Positions 1 to 11,794 of a stretch of DNA of 64,000 nt are shown here, one piece after another. Positions within the stretch are counted from its first letter, which is position 1; each line of letters opens with the position of its first letter. The position numbers and the translations under genes are program-made. Below the pieces are notes generated by a model, which worked only from the letters and a program-made list of their open reading frames with translations, was not told the DNA's origin and made no database searches. The DNA comes from Eledone cirrhosa (taxonomy: Eukaryota), in contig OZ024762.1 in assembly GCA_964016885.1 (NCBI GenBank), positions 16,678,001 through 16,742,000 of the forward strand. The letters run 5' to 3'.

Positions 1-689
1 ATGGTCTGAGTTCAAATCCCGTCGAGGTTAACTTTGCCTTTCATCCTTACGGGGTCGATAAAATAAAGTACCAGTAATGCACTGGGTTATTGCTGGCCTT
101 GTGCCAAAAGTAGAAACAATTATTTCAATTCCTGTGATCAGTTTAATGTAAATATACTATTGATTTTTGATTTCATCTACTTCATCTTCAGTCATCATTA
201 GGGGCCCCTCTATATGTGTGTATGTATATATACATATATATGTCTGTGTATGTGAGGGTAGATAAGGTTTTGTTTATGTATATCAAGATTGAATGCTTAA
301 ATAAGATAACTGCTTACCAAAGAATTTGTAGTCAGCATATGTAGACTATTATAATAGACGCAGAAACATATGTTAAAGCCAAAAAATTCCTACTCTCCTT
401 TCTCGCCGAAGTCTATATTTTTCTTGGTGTAGTACTTGCTTATATTATAGTTAGAAGGAACAAAAGGCTGTGTGGTTACTAGATAAAGTGTATTTAGAAA
501 TAAAAGGAAAGCACAAACAAGGGACAGTCCCCTCTTCAGTTGTCTGCTGGAGGTGAGACATTTCAACGCATTATGCATAATTTTATATCTGTTTTTCTAT
601 GTTGGCATCATTATCATTTAACATTCTTTTTTCCTGCTTTATTAATTTAATTCTTCTGTAATTCTTTCAAGTATATATCCCATACACCC

Positions 690-3600
690 ATCTAGCAGTC
701 CTTGAGATTATCTGTCACACCAAAGTATCATTTGCCCTAGTAGCAGTTCTTGAGGTTGACTGTCACCAAAGTATCATTTGCCCTAGTAGCAGTTCTTGAG
801 GTTGACTGTCACCACAGTATCCTTTGCTCTAGTAGCAGTCCTTGAGGTTGTCTGTCATCAAAGTCTCCTTTGCCCTAGTAGCAGTTCTTGAGGTTGTCTC
901 TCACCACAGTATCCTTTGCCCTAGTAGCAGTCCTTGAGGTTGTCTGTCACCAAAGTCTCCTTTGCCCTAGTAGCAGTCCTTGAGGTTGTCTGTCACACCA
1001 AAGTCTCCTTTGCCCTAGTAGCAGTCCTTGAGGTTGTCTGTCACCAAAGTCTCCTTTACCCTAGTAGCAGTCCTTGAGGTTGTCTGTCACCAAAGTCTCC
1101 TTTACCCTAGTAGCAGTCCTTGAGGTTGTCTGTCACCAAAGTCTCCTTTACCCTAGTAGCAGTCCTTGAGGTTGTCTGTCACCAAAGTCTCCTTTGCCCT
1201 AGTAGCAGTCCTTGAGGTTGTCTGTCACCAAAGTCTCCTTTGCCCTAGTAGCAGTCCTTGAGGTTGTCTGTCACCAAAGTCTCCTTTGCCCTAGTAGCAG
1301 TCCTTGAGGTTGTCTGTCACCAAAGTCTCCTTTGCCCTAGTAGCAGTCCTTGAGGTTGTCTGTCACCAAAGTCTCCTTTACCCTAGTAGCAGTCCTTGAG
1401 GTTGTCTGTCACCACGGTCTCCTTTGCCCTAGTAGCAGTCCTTGAGGTTGTCTGTCACCACAGTCTCCTTTGTCCTAGTAGCAGTCCTTGAGGTTGTCTG
1501 TCACCAAAGTCTCCTTTGCCCTAGTAGCAGTCCTTGAGGTTGTCTGTCACCACAGTCTCCTTTGTCCTAGTAGCAGTCCTTGAGGTTGTCTGTCACCAAA
1601 GTCTCCTTTGCCCTAGTAGCAGTCCTTGAGGTTGTCTGTCACCACAGTCTCCTTTGTCCTAGTAGCAGTCCTTGAGGTTGTCTGTCACCAAAGTCTCCTT
1701 TGCCCTAGTAGCAGTCCTTGAGGTTGTCTGTCACCAAAGTCTCCTTTGCCCTAGTAGCAGTCCTTGAGGTTGTCTGTCACCAAAGTCTCCTTTGCCCTAG
1801 TAGCAGTCCTTGAGGTTGTCTGTCACCAAAGTCTCCTTTACCCTAGTAGCAGTCCTTGAGGTTGTCTGTCACCACGGTCTCCTTTGCCCTAGTAGCAGTC
1901 CTTGAGGTTGTCTGTCACCACAGTCTCCTTTGTCCTAGTAGCAGTCCTTGAGGTTGTCTGTCACCACGGTCTCCTTTGCCCTAGTAGCAGTCCTTGAGGT
2001 TGTCTGTCACCACAGTCTCCTTTGTCCTAGTAGCAGTCCTTGAGGTTGTCTGTCACCACAGTCTCCTTTGTCCTAGTAGCAGTCCTTGAGGTTGTCTGTC
2101 ACCACAGTCTCCTTTGTCCTAGTAGCAGTCCTTGAGGTTGTCTGTCATCAAAGTATCCTTTGCCCTAGTAGCAGTTCTTGAGGTTGTCTGTCACCAAAGT
2201 CTCCTTTGCCCTAGTAGCAGTCCTTGAGGTTGTCTGTCACCAAAGTCTCCTTTGCCCTAGTAGCAGTCCTTGAGGTTGTCTGTCACCACAGTCTCCTTTG
2301 TCCTAGTAGCAGTCCTTGAGGTTGTCTGTCACCACAGTCTCCTTTGTCCTAGTAGCAGTCCTTGAGGTTGTCTATCATCAAAGTATCCTTTGCCCTAGTA
2401 GCAGTTCTTGAGGTTGTCTGTCACCAAAGTCTCCTTTGCCCTAGTAGCAGTCCTTGAGGTTGTCTGTCACCAAAGTCTCCTTTGCCCTAGTAGCAGTCCT
2501 TGAGGTTGTCTATCATCAAAGTATCCTTTGCCCTAGTAGCAGTTCTTGAGGTTGTCTGTCACCAAAGTCTCCTTTGCCCTAGTAGCAGTCCTTGAGGTTG
2601 TCTGTCACCAAAGTCTCCTTTGCCCTAGTAGCAGTCCTTGAGGTTGTCTATCATCAAAGTATCCTTTGCCCTAGTAGCAGTTCTTGAGGTTGTCTGTCAC
2701 CAAAGTCTCCTTTGCCCTAGTAGCAGTCCTTGAGGTTGTCTGTCACCAAAGTCTCCTTTGCCCTAGTAGCAGTCCTTAAGGTTGTCTGTCACCAAAGTCT
2801 CCTTTGCCCTAGTAGCAGTCCTTGAGGTTGTCTGTCACCAAAGTCTCCTTTGCCCTAGTAGCAGTCCTTGAGGTTGTCTGTCACCAAAGTCTCCTTTGCC
2901 CTAGTAGCAGTCCTTGAGGTTGTCTGTCACCAAAGTCTCCTTTGCCCTAGTAGCAGTCCTTGAGGTTGTCTATCATCAAAGTCTCCTTTGCTCTAGTAGC
3001 AGTCCTTGAGGTTGACTGTCACCAAAGTCTCCTTTGCCCTAGTAGCAGTCCTTGAGGTTGACTGTCACCACAGTATCCTTTGTCCTAGTAGCAGTCCTTG
3101 AGGTTGACTGTCACCAAAGTCTCCTTTACCCTAGTAGCAGTCCTTGAGGTTGACTGTCACCACAGTATCCTTTGCCCTAGTAGCAGTTCTTGAGGTTGTC
3201 TGTCACCAAAGTCTCCTTTGCCCTAGTAGCAGTCCTTGAGGTTGTCTGTCACCAAAGTCTCCTTTGCCCTAGTAGCAGTCCTTGAGGTTGACTGTCACCA
3301 AAGTCTCCTTTGCCCTAGTAGCAGTCCTTGAGGTTGACTGTCACCACAGTCTCCTTTGTCCTAGTAGCAGTTCTTGGGGTTGTCTGTCACCAAAGTCTCC
3401 TTTGCCCTAGTAGCAGTCCTTGAGGTTGTCTGTCACCAAAGTCTCCTTTACCCTAGTAGCAGTCCTTGAGGTTGTCTGTCACCAAAGTCTCCTTTGCCCT
3501 AGTAGCAGTCCTTGAGGTTGTCTGTCACCAAAGTCTCCTTTGCCCTAGTAGCAGTCCTTGAGGTTGTCTGTCACCAAAGTCTCCTTTGCCCTAGTAGCAG

Positions 3601-4350
3601 TCCTTGAGGTTGTCTGTCACCAAAGTCTCCTTTACCCTAGTAGCAGTCCTTGAGGTTGTCTGTCACCAAAGTCTCCTTTGCCCTAGTAGCAGTCCTTGAG
3701 GTTGTCTGTCACCAAAGTCTCCTTTGCCCTAGTAGCAGTCCTTGAGGTTGTCTGTCACCAAAGTCTCCTTTGCCCTAGTAGCAGTCCTTGAGGTTGTCTG
3801 TCACCAAAGTCTCCTTTGCCCTAGTAGCAGTCCTTGAGGTTGACTGTCACCAAAGTCTCCTTTGCCCTAGTAGCAGTCCTTGAGGTTGACTGTCACCACA
3901 GTCTCCTTTGTCCTAGTAGCAGTTCTTGGGGTTGTCTGTCACCAAAGTCTCCTTTGCCCTAGTAGCAGTCCTTGAGGTTGTCTGTCACCAAAGTCTCCTT
4001 TGCCCTAGTAGCAGTCCTTGAGGTTGTCTGTCACCAAAGTCTCCTTTGCCCTAGTAGCAGTCCTTGAGGTTGTCTGTCACCAAAGTCTCCTTTGCCCTAG
4101 TAGCAGTCCTTGAGGTTGTCTGTCACCAAAGTCTCCTTTGCCCTAGTAGCAGTCCTTGAGGTTGTCTGTCACCAAAGTCTCCTTTGCCCTACTAGCAGTC
4201 CTTGAGGTTGACTGTCACCACAGTATCCTTTGCCCTAGTAGCAGTCCTTGAGGTTGTCTGTCACCAAAGTCTCCTTTGCCCTACTAGCAGTCCTTGAGGT
4301 TGTCTGTCATCAAAGTCTCCTTTACCCTAGTTGCAGCCCTTGAGGTTGTC
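690..4350. repeat. 46-bp minisatellite array (~80 copies), intronic
   Basis: Unit CCCTAGTAGCAGTCCTTGAGGTTGTCTGTCACCAAAGTCTCCTTTG recurs every 46 bp (e.g. 1151, 1197), more degenerate at the edges. Confidence 0.97.
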
Positions 4351-4458
4351 TTTTATACCAGTAATTACCCAAATAGAATTGTATTAACATATTCAAATAT
4401 GAAGTAAAGTTAGAAAAATGTGAAACAATCTCATAATTTCCTTTTCCTTTCTTTCCAG

Positions 4459-4515
4459 CTGACAGATGAAAATTCTCTGAATGAGGATGACATTGATGTG
4501 AAACCTACAGCTATT
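4459..4515 (+). CDS. ZNF143: Probable ZNF143-like coding exon (LTDENSLNEDDIDVKPTAI), phase 0-0
   Basis: Strong acceptor ttttcctttctttccAG, donor GTAAGT, 57 nt open, phase matches the next exon; peptide not itself recognisable. Confidence 0.7.
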
Positions 4516-4519
4516 GTAA

Positions 4520-4859
4520 GTTGGGTATATATACTGAGATAGTGGGGTATATATATATACTGAGATAGTGGGATATATATATATATACTGAGATAGTGGG
4601 ATATATATATATACTGAGATAGTGGGATATATATATATATAGGGTATATATATATATATATAGGGTATATATATATATACTGAGATAGTGGGATATATAT
4701 ATAGGGGATATATATATATATACTGAGATAGTGGGATATATATATATAGGGGATATATATATATATACTGAGATAGTGGGATATATATATATACATATAT
4801 TGTACTGAGCTAGTAGTGGGATATATATATATATTTATATATATATACAGAGCTAATGG

Positions 4860-4900
<41 letters not shown>

Positions 4901-4940
4901 TGAGCTAGTGGGATATATATATGTATATATATATATATAT
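4520..4940. repeat. (TA)n-ACTGAGATAGTGGG minisatellite, resumes at ~7753-7900 after the LINE
   Basis: Repeated ATATACTGAG(A/C)TAGTGGGAT units on both sides of the LINE. Confidence 0.85.
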
Positions 4941-7752
4941 AATAGAGGTAGTTCGAGTTAGTAATCGAATAATTAAGCTTAGATTAGTTGTAGGCAGGAG
5001 ACTACTGACAATCATCTCTGCCTATGCTCCCCAAGCAGGCCTAAGCAAAGAAGAGAAAGACTGCTTTTACGAGCAACTTTTACAAACAACCGCAATGACA
5101 GAGGACGGAGACATCGTTATACTAGCAGGGGACTTCAATGGTTATGTTGGATAGCTCCAGGATGGTTAAACTGGGGTACAGCTCAAGAAATGAAGAAGGA
5201 GTGAGACTTCTTGAAATTTGTGATGCAAGTACACTGACTATTTGCAACACAAACTTCCCAAAACCTGCTAACCACCTAATAACCTACAAATCTGACGAGC
5301 ACATAAGCCAGATTGACTTCTTACTAGTTAGGCAGCGGGATAGGCAGATAGTGTCTAATACCAAGGCATACCCTGGGGAAGAATGTACCCCACAGTATAG
5401 GTTAGTGATATCTCAGTAAGCAAGAGATGGAATGAGACATACAGGAAAGTGTGGTGAAGAAAGGTCTGGAAGCTAAAAGACCTTTCACTAAAATACAAAT
5501 TTAGGAAAGCCCTTCAAGATGTGTATGATGAAAAAGAAGACGATTTAGAGACGTATGACAGATAATAACTGGAATTTCTTACGTGACAATTTACTGCAGG
5601 CTACTGATGAAATTGTGGCTGGAGCAGAGCTCAAACCAGACAGAGAGTGATCTGGTGGTGGAACAGCACAGTAGATAAGGGCATTAGGGACAAAATACTA
5701 GCATGGAAGGCTTGGAAAAAGGGTGGGAGTAGGGAAGGATATACAGCCGCTAAGAGAGACGCTAGATGTCAGGTGTACTTAGCACACAGGGAGGCTGAGA
5801 GTAGGACGTTTGCCAATGTTCTGCAACAAGAAGATCAGAGGCATGCGGTGTTCCACATTACAAGGCAGTGTGTCAATGCAAATCAGGATGTTGTTGGAGA
5901 TAAATGTGTCCGGAATGATGTCGGTGTACTTAGTGTCACGAATGTTCAGAAAAAGGAGGCCTGGAAATGTCATTATGAGAGACTGATGAATGTAGAGAAC
6001 GAATGGGAGAGAGAGAAATTACCCTCAGTAGATCCGACAGAGGGACCAGCTATTGAAATTGACGAATATAGGGTTGAAGAGGCAATTAAGGAAATGAAAA
6101 ATGGTAAGGCTGCTGGACCATCGGGGATAGTTGCTGAGATGCTGAATGCATCAGGGGACGTAGGCACTAAACTGGTTGCACGCATCATCAATCAGGCTAT
6201 ATATGGTGGTGTCATACCCAAAGACTGGTGCAGCAGTATTCTTATAAATTACTACAAAGGTAAAGGGGATGCTCTCGAGAGGAGCAATTATAGGGGTATA
6301 AAACTGATGGATCAAGTTATGAAAGTGGCAGAAAGGATATTAGCACAACTAATTAGAGAAAGGGTCAAACTAGATGAGATGCAGTTTGGTTTTGTGCCTG
6401 GGAAGAGTACAACAGATGTCCTCTTCTTGGTGAGACAATTACAAGAGAGGTTCTTAGAGAAAAATAAGCCACTATACTTAGCCTTTGTTGACCTAGAAAG
6501 GCTTTTGATAGGGTACCCCGATCTGTCATCTGGTGGTCCCTAAGGAAACTAGGTGTTGAGGAATGGCTTGTGAGGACAGGGCAAACTTTGTACAGAGGTG
6601 CTGTCAGTAAAGTCAGGGTAGGAATGGAGTTTAGTGAGGAATTCCAGATACAAGTAGGAGTACATCAAGGTTCGGTCCTCAGCCCGCTCTTGTTCATTAT
6701 AGTCCTCCAAGCCATAACAGAGAAGTTTAAGACTGGCTGTCCATGGGAACTGCTCTATGCTGACGATCTGGTTCTTATAGCAGAATCAGTAGAGGAGCTA
6801 GAGAATAAATTCTGGCTATGGAAACAGCAGTTGGAAGCAAGAGGACTGAGAGTGAACCTAGCTAAGACAAAAGTGTTGATGAGTAGAAAAGAGGACAAAA
6901 CTTTGATTCCGTCAGGGAAATGGCCATGTTCAATATGCAGAAAAGGAACTGGCATAAATTCTATAAAATGCACACAATGCAGATCCTGGGTACACAAGAG
7001 ATGTAGCGGGATAGCAGGCAAACTAACAGGTAGGGAGAAATACGTATGCAGTAGATGTACAGGGAAATTAGACAGTAGTAATCGCATTGATAGACACATT
7101 TTTCAAATGCAGGCGGGTGCTATAGAAGTGTTGGATAGCTTCCGGTACCTAGGAGATCAGATTAGCATGGGAGGGGTGGGGGGGGGGGGTGTTCTGAGGC
7201 CATAGTATCTAGAATAAGGACGGTTTGGAAGAAGTTTAGGGGGCTGCTTCCTCTGCTGACGAAGGATTTCTCCCTGCGTACGAAAGGCTGGTAATATGAT
7301 GCCTGTGTGAGGAGCGCGATGCTGCATGGTAGTGAGACATGGGCAGCAACTGCAGAGGATATGCAACGGCTGGAGAGAAATGAGGCAAGCATGCTCCGTT
7401 GGATGTGCGTGAACGACCCAGCATGAATGTGTTGAGAGAGAAACTGTGTCTGAGAGGGATAGAATGTAGTGTGTGAGAGAGGAGACTGAGGTGGTATGGA
7501 CATGTGATGCGCATGGAGGATGACCGATGGGTGAAGAAGTGCCAGTAAATGCCAGTTGAAGGAAGACGTGGTAGAGGTAGACCACAAAAAACATGGGCGG
7601 AGGTGGTGAGAGCAGACCTCAGATCGCTGAAGCTCATGGTGGAGGTTACGGAGGACCGTGACAAGTGGAGAGATGCTGTGCTGAATAAGACCTGTCCCAC
7701 CCTTGCAAGCAGGGAAGAGCGGCCATAAAATGATGCTGATGATGATGATGAT
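4941..7752 (+). mobile_element. 5'-truncated, frameshifted RTE-clade LINE (partial APE endonuclease, RT, PHD-like finger, (GAT)n tail)
   Basis: ORF pieces IISAYAPQ..GDFNGYVG and SQIDFLL (endonuclease); KAAGPSGI, NYRGIKL, QFGF, GVHQGSVLSPLLF, YADD (RT); LHGSETW; ends in a stem-loop plus (GAT)n. Confidence 0.95.
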
Positions 7753-7849
7753 ATATATATATACACTGAGCTAGTGGGATATATATACAGAGCTAATGGG
7801 AGATATATTTATTTACTGAGCGGGAGATATATATATATCCTGAGATAGC

Positions 7850-7881
<32 letters not shown>

Positions 7882-8413
7882 CGCAGAGCTAGTGGGATAT
7901 ATATACATATCATAAATAATAATAATGATTTCTGATTTAGGCACAAGGTCAATAATTTTAGGGGAGAGCAAAGTCAATTAAATCATCGACACCAGTGCAT
8001 TACCGGTGCTTTATTTCATGATGAAAAGCACCCAGTACACACTGTAAATGTGGTTGGCGTTAGGAAGGGCACCCAGCCAGAATCATTTTTTTATGAGCAA
8101 GACACAGTCATCTGATCTGGCTTGTCTCACAACAGGACAACTTGTCTAACCCATGCTAGCATGGAAAAATGGATGTTAAACAGGGATGATGATATATATA
8201 TATATATCATCATCATCACTGTTTTACGTCCGTTCTTCCACGCTAGCATGGGTTAGACGGGTTGTCCTGTTGTGGGCAGTGTCCATTCGGCTGACCATGT
8301 CTTGCTCATACGGGAACTGATTCTGGCTTGATTTCTACAGCTGGATGCCCTTCCTAACACCAACCTCATTTACAGTGAGGGCTGGGTACTTTTTTGCCGT
8401 GGGAAGGGCATAT

Positions 8414-8524
<111 letters not shown>

Positions 8525-8557
8525 AAGAAATTAAAAGATGGTTAAAAAAGTTCCATA

Positions 8558-8627
8558 TATTTTATTATGAGCATTTCGAAAACAACATCATCCTGGGACA
8601 AAAATTGTGTTCTCATCAGATAAAATA
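8558..8627 (-). ncRNA. Antisense copy of the hammerhead motif with helix III palindrome broken (TGCTCA)
   Basis: Reverse complement of 8824-8893 except one base. Confidence 0.55.
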
Positions 8628-8823
8628 AGGTAACATGATATGAGGCCTAAAAACACTTGTGAACAAGAAAGTGTTCAGCCAACAAGACAAAAATATAAGA
8701 GAAGAGAAAAAATAGGAAAAATGAAGAAAAGGAAAGAAGGAAAAAAGAAAGAAAGAATGAGGAAAGAGAGAGAGAGATACTTTCTTGTTCACAAGTGTTT
8801 TTAGGCCTCATATCATGTTACCT

Positions 8824-8893
8824 TATTTTATCTGATGAGAACACAATTTTTGTCCCAGGATGATGTTGTTTTCGAAATGCGCATAATAAAATA
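8824..8893 (+). ncRNA. Minimal type-I hammerhead ribozyme motif
   Basis: Stem I TATTTTAT(8824-31)/ATAAAATA(8886-93), CTGATGA(8832-38), stem II closed by GAA/TTC, GAAA(8874-77), palindromic TGCGCA helix III, AUA cleavage triplet (cut after 8885). Confidence 0.65.
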
Positions 8894-9033
8894 TATGGAA
8901 CTTTTTTAACCATCTTTTAATTTCTTCTTTATCATATATACTCCAGTTCTACTAACTGTTGAGTGCTACTTATCTGATATATGCATAGTTTTATTGTTCT
9001 ACAATATTACTCATCTCCTACATATATATATGT

Positions 9034-9376
9034 AGGCATATGGCTTAGTGGTTAGAGCATTGGCCTTGCAATCGAAAGGTTGTGAGTTCAACTCTCAGAC
9101 CGGGTGATGTGTTGTTTCCTTGAGCAAGACACTTTATTTCACATTGCTCCAGTTTACTCAGCTGTAGAAATGAGATGATAGGGACTGAGGTCCCTATCAT
9201 TCCACTGCAAAGTGGTCGTGGAGGTGCCACAGCAAAAAAGCACCCAGCACTCACTGTAAATGAGGTTGGTGTTAGGAAGGGCATCCAGCTGTAGAAATCA
9301 AGCCAGAATCAGTTCCCGTCCCACCCTTGCAAGCAGGGAAAAGTGGACGTAAAAAGATGATGATGATGATGATGAT
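9034..9376 (+). mobile_element. tRNA-derived SINE family B with RTE-type (GAT)n tail; further copies ~38031-38340, 38943-39280, 41614-41952, 53063-53403 (+); related partial copies ~8205-8405, 19005-19270, 27630-27780 (-)
   Basis: A box TGGCTTAGTGG, B box GAGTTCAA, CORE-like CCTTGAGCAAGACACTT, near-identical dispersed copies, tail CCCACCCTTGCAAGCAGGG..(GAT)n. Confidence 0.9.
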
Positions 9377-9794
9377 ACCAATTTATTGAGGCGTTTCACC
9401 AATTCTTTGTTGTGAGATATTTTAAAGAATTCTCACTATTACATGTTGAATGTTTATATAGTAGTGTGACAGCAAAGAAAAATCTTACAGTTGATGTTTC
9501 AGTCTGTTATATCTCTCGCTCTGATCAATCGACAAGATCCCAGGCCTCTCTTGCTGAGGGGGGGACCCATCAAATCGGACCAAGGAAACAATGTTTCCAT
9601 TGCTGATATACTATCTACCAGTCACAACTCCTGGCAGAAGAAGCAACATGAAATAAAGTGTCTTGCTCAAGGACATAACACATCACCTCGTCTGAGAATT
9701 GAACTCGTAACCTCACGATTGCGAATCCAATTCTCTAACCATTAAGCCACTGTTATATAATTATTATATTGGGGTGGGGGTTCATGTTCTAATA

Positions 9795-9985
9795 TTGTTT
9801 CTACGTTTGGCACAAGGCCAGCAATTATCCCAGAGCGTTACTGGTACTTTATTTTATCGACCCCGTAAAGATGAAAGGCAAAGTTAACCTCGGCGGGATT
9901 TGACCTCAGAACGCAAAGGGCAGTAACTCTATGCTGTAAAGCATGGTGTCTGACGCTCTACCGATTACTGCCAAACCATCACCAG
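9795..9985 (-). mobile_element. tRNA-derived SINE family A; other copies ~1-122, 18755-18960, 19970-20165, 20645-20860 (+) and 20440-20625, 29945-30105, 31180-31365, 37485-37665, 53640-53830, 59870-60265 (-)
   Basis: Shared GAGTTCAAATCCCGCCGAGGTTAACTTTGCCTTTCATCCTTACGGGGTCGATAAAATAAAGTACC core, B box, (ATT)n tail. Confidence 0.9.
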
Positions 9986-10352
9986 AAAAATAGAGTAAAA
10001 CACACTGTGTGGTTTGGTTACGTAATTGTCTTTTTACAATAAAGGGGAGATGACTGAGGTAAAACTATGAAATGGTTAAAAGGCTATTTATCTTAGTCTC
10101 CCTCCCTACCTTCAGCAATGGTTTAGTAATACCTGTGCTAATTATATTACTGTGTCACACATTTAACCCTCTTTATTAACATATTTCTAATGAGAGACAC
10201 TGCCCTTGTGATTTTCAAATATTTTTGAAAATAATCTAGAATGCACAGACATTTACAATATAAGCAACTTTGAACAGAAAGAGGTGAGAGAATTATGGCC
10301 TGATATGGCCGGGTTAAATGCTAAAGGGTTAAAACATTATTAGCTTCACGGT

Positions 10353-10506
10353 TTCCATGCTGGCATAGCTCAGATTGCTGACCACTGTCCAAGACTAGAA
10401 AACTACATCTTGCTTTATAACATGACAACTATGTCATGTTATAAAGCAAGATGTAGTTTTCTAGTCTTGGACAGTGGTCAGCAATCTGAGCTATGCCAGC
10501 ATGGAA
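10353..10506. repeat. Perfect 75-bp hairpin with 4-nt loop
   Basis: 10353-10427 is the exact reverse complement of 10432-10506. Confidence 0.95.
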
Positions 10507-10562
10507 GGCAGATGTATGATGATGATGATGATAATAATGATGATGTTCCATTTGTGTTTCAG

Positions 10563-10688
10563 GCAGTAATTACAAACTCCAGCTCCTTGAGCGCAGACAA
10601 AGGAGGACTTGCCATTCCCGGTGACAGATCCTACCGATGTGTGTTTGAAGGCTGTGAGCGTTTATATACAACACAACACCATCTTAAG
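10563..10688 (+). CDS. ZNF143: ZNF143-like exon, first half of zinc finger 1 (…YRCVFEGCERLYTTQHHLK)
   Basis: tttcAG acceptor, GTGAGT donor; matches ZNF143/Staf finger 1 (CGKLYTTAHHLK). Confidence 0.93.
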
Positions 10689-11357
10689 GTGAGTAGACAC
10701 CAACTAACCCCTTCTCCATAACCTAACCATAATTCTACTCAGATACACGTTCCTTTCTTTTACTGGTTTCAGTCCTTAGACCGTGGCCATGCAGGAGCAC
10801 CACTTGGAAGGGGTTTAAGAGAATCATATCAACCCCAGTACATATTTTATCAAGACTGGTCACATACACACATATATATATGACAGGCTTCCACACAGTT
10901 TCCGTCTACAAAATTTTACTCAGAAAATACAAGCCAACTCGAACTATAGAAGACACAAGGTGCATAAATACACACTCACACACATATAATATATATTAGA
11001 GGTTTTAATAGACCAAAACCAAATGAATATGGCCTTGGATTTTTTATTGAGATATTATACTCTGGCTTACACTTTTATAGAGGTTGTTGAGAGCTTTCTT
11101 TTATCTACTTCACATCCGACAGACTATTATGTGGTCCACACATCCTCGTTCGAGTAACCCCTTACTATATATATATAATATCTCTCCTGTGCCCTCTGTA
11201 GAACATCAGATGAGATCATATGTAAGCAAGATGCAGATTCCTGGCATGTCTGGTCTATGTAGACCCATTCAACCCTTGCTAGCAGGGAAAGCAGACATTA
11301 AAACCACAATGATGATGATGATGATGTAACTATATCTTTGTACATTTCTCTTTCCAG

Positions 11358-11559
11358 GTCCACGAGAGATCACATACTGGAGATCGACCCTTTAAATGCA
11401 AATTTCTTGGTTGTAGAAAGGCATTTGCCACTGGGTATGGTCTAAAAAGTCACACCAGAGTTCATACTGGGGAGAAACCTTACAAGTGCCCTGAAGAAAA
11501 CTGTGATAAAGCATTCAAGACATCTGGTGATTTACAGAAACATGTCCGCACTCACACAG
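11358..11559 (+). CDS. ZNF143: ZNF143-like exon, end of finger 1 plus fingers 2-3 ([38 protein letters not shown]); missed by the ORF track
   Basis: Hand translation; ttccAG/GT boundaries, phase 0-1; signature ZNF143 helices TGYGLKSH and TSGDLQKH. Confidence 0.95.
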
Positions 11560-11578
11560 GTTAGAAGCCAACAGTTCT

Positions 11579-11794
11579 TTAACCCTTTAACACTTACATT
11601 ACTCTATATTTACTGTTATATTTTCATGGTAAAGGATTTACCGCACATAATAATGAATCTATGAGATTTTGATATCATTAATTTTGAGATCTATACCTTA
11701 ACATCAGTATGAGCGACCAGTTACAGGCTGTTTGAACAGAAAAAGGTGAGAGAATTCTGGCTGGATACGGCTGGTTTAAATGCTAAAGGGTTAA
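11579..11794 (+). mobile_element. piggyBac-type MITE (~215 bp); copies ~10163-10332, 14071-14654 (double), 17854-18075, 21290-22377, 23295-23573, 23627-23832, 32806-33204, 49245-49450, 54356-54773, 56062-56347, 63511-63740
   Basis: TTAA-CCCTTTA(G)CATTTA ... TAAATGCTAAAGGG-TTAA termini with TTAA target site, conserved non-coding interior. Confidence 0.85.

Noticed and set aside
390-578. 62-aa minus-strand ORF with a hydrophobic stretch
   Set aside because: No recognisable homology or supporting signals; expected by chance
690-4350. Regular arrays as possible CRISPR (also 35735-37095, 55535-55950)
   Set aside because: No unique spacers, no cas genes, intron-containing eukaryotic context
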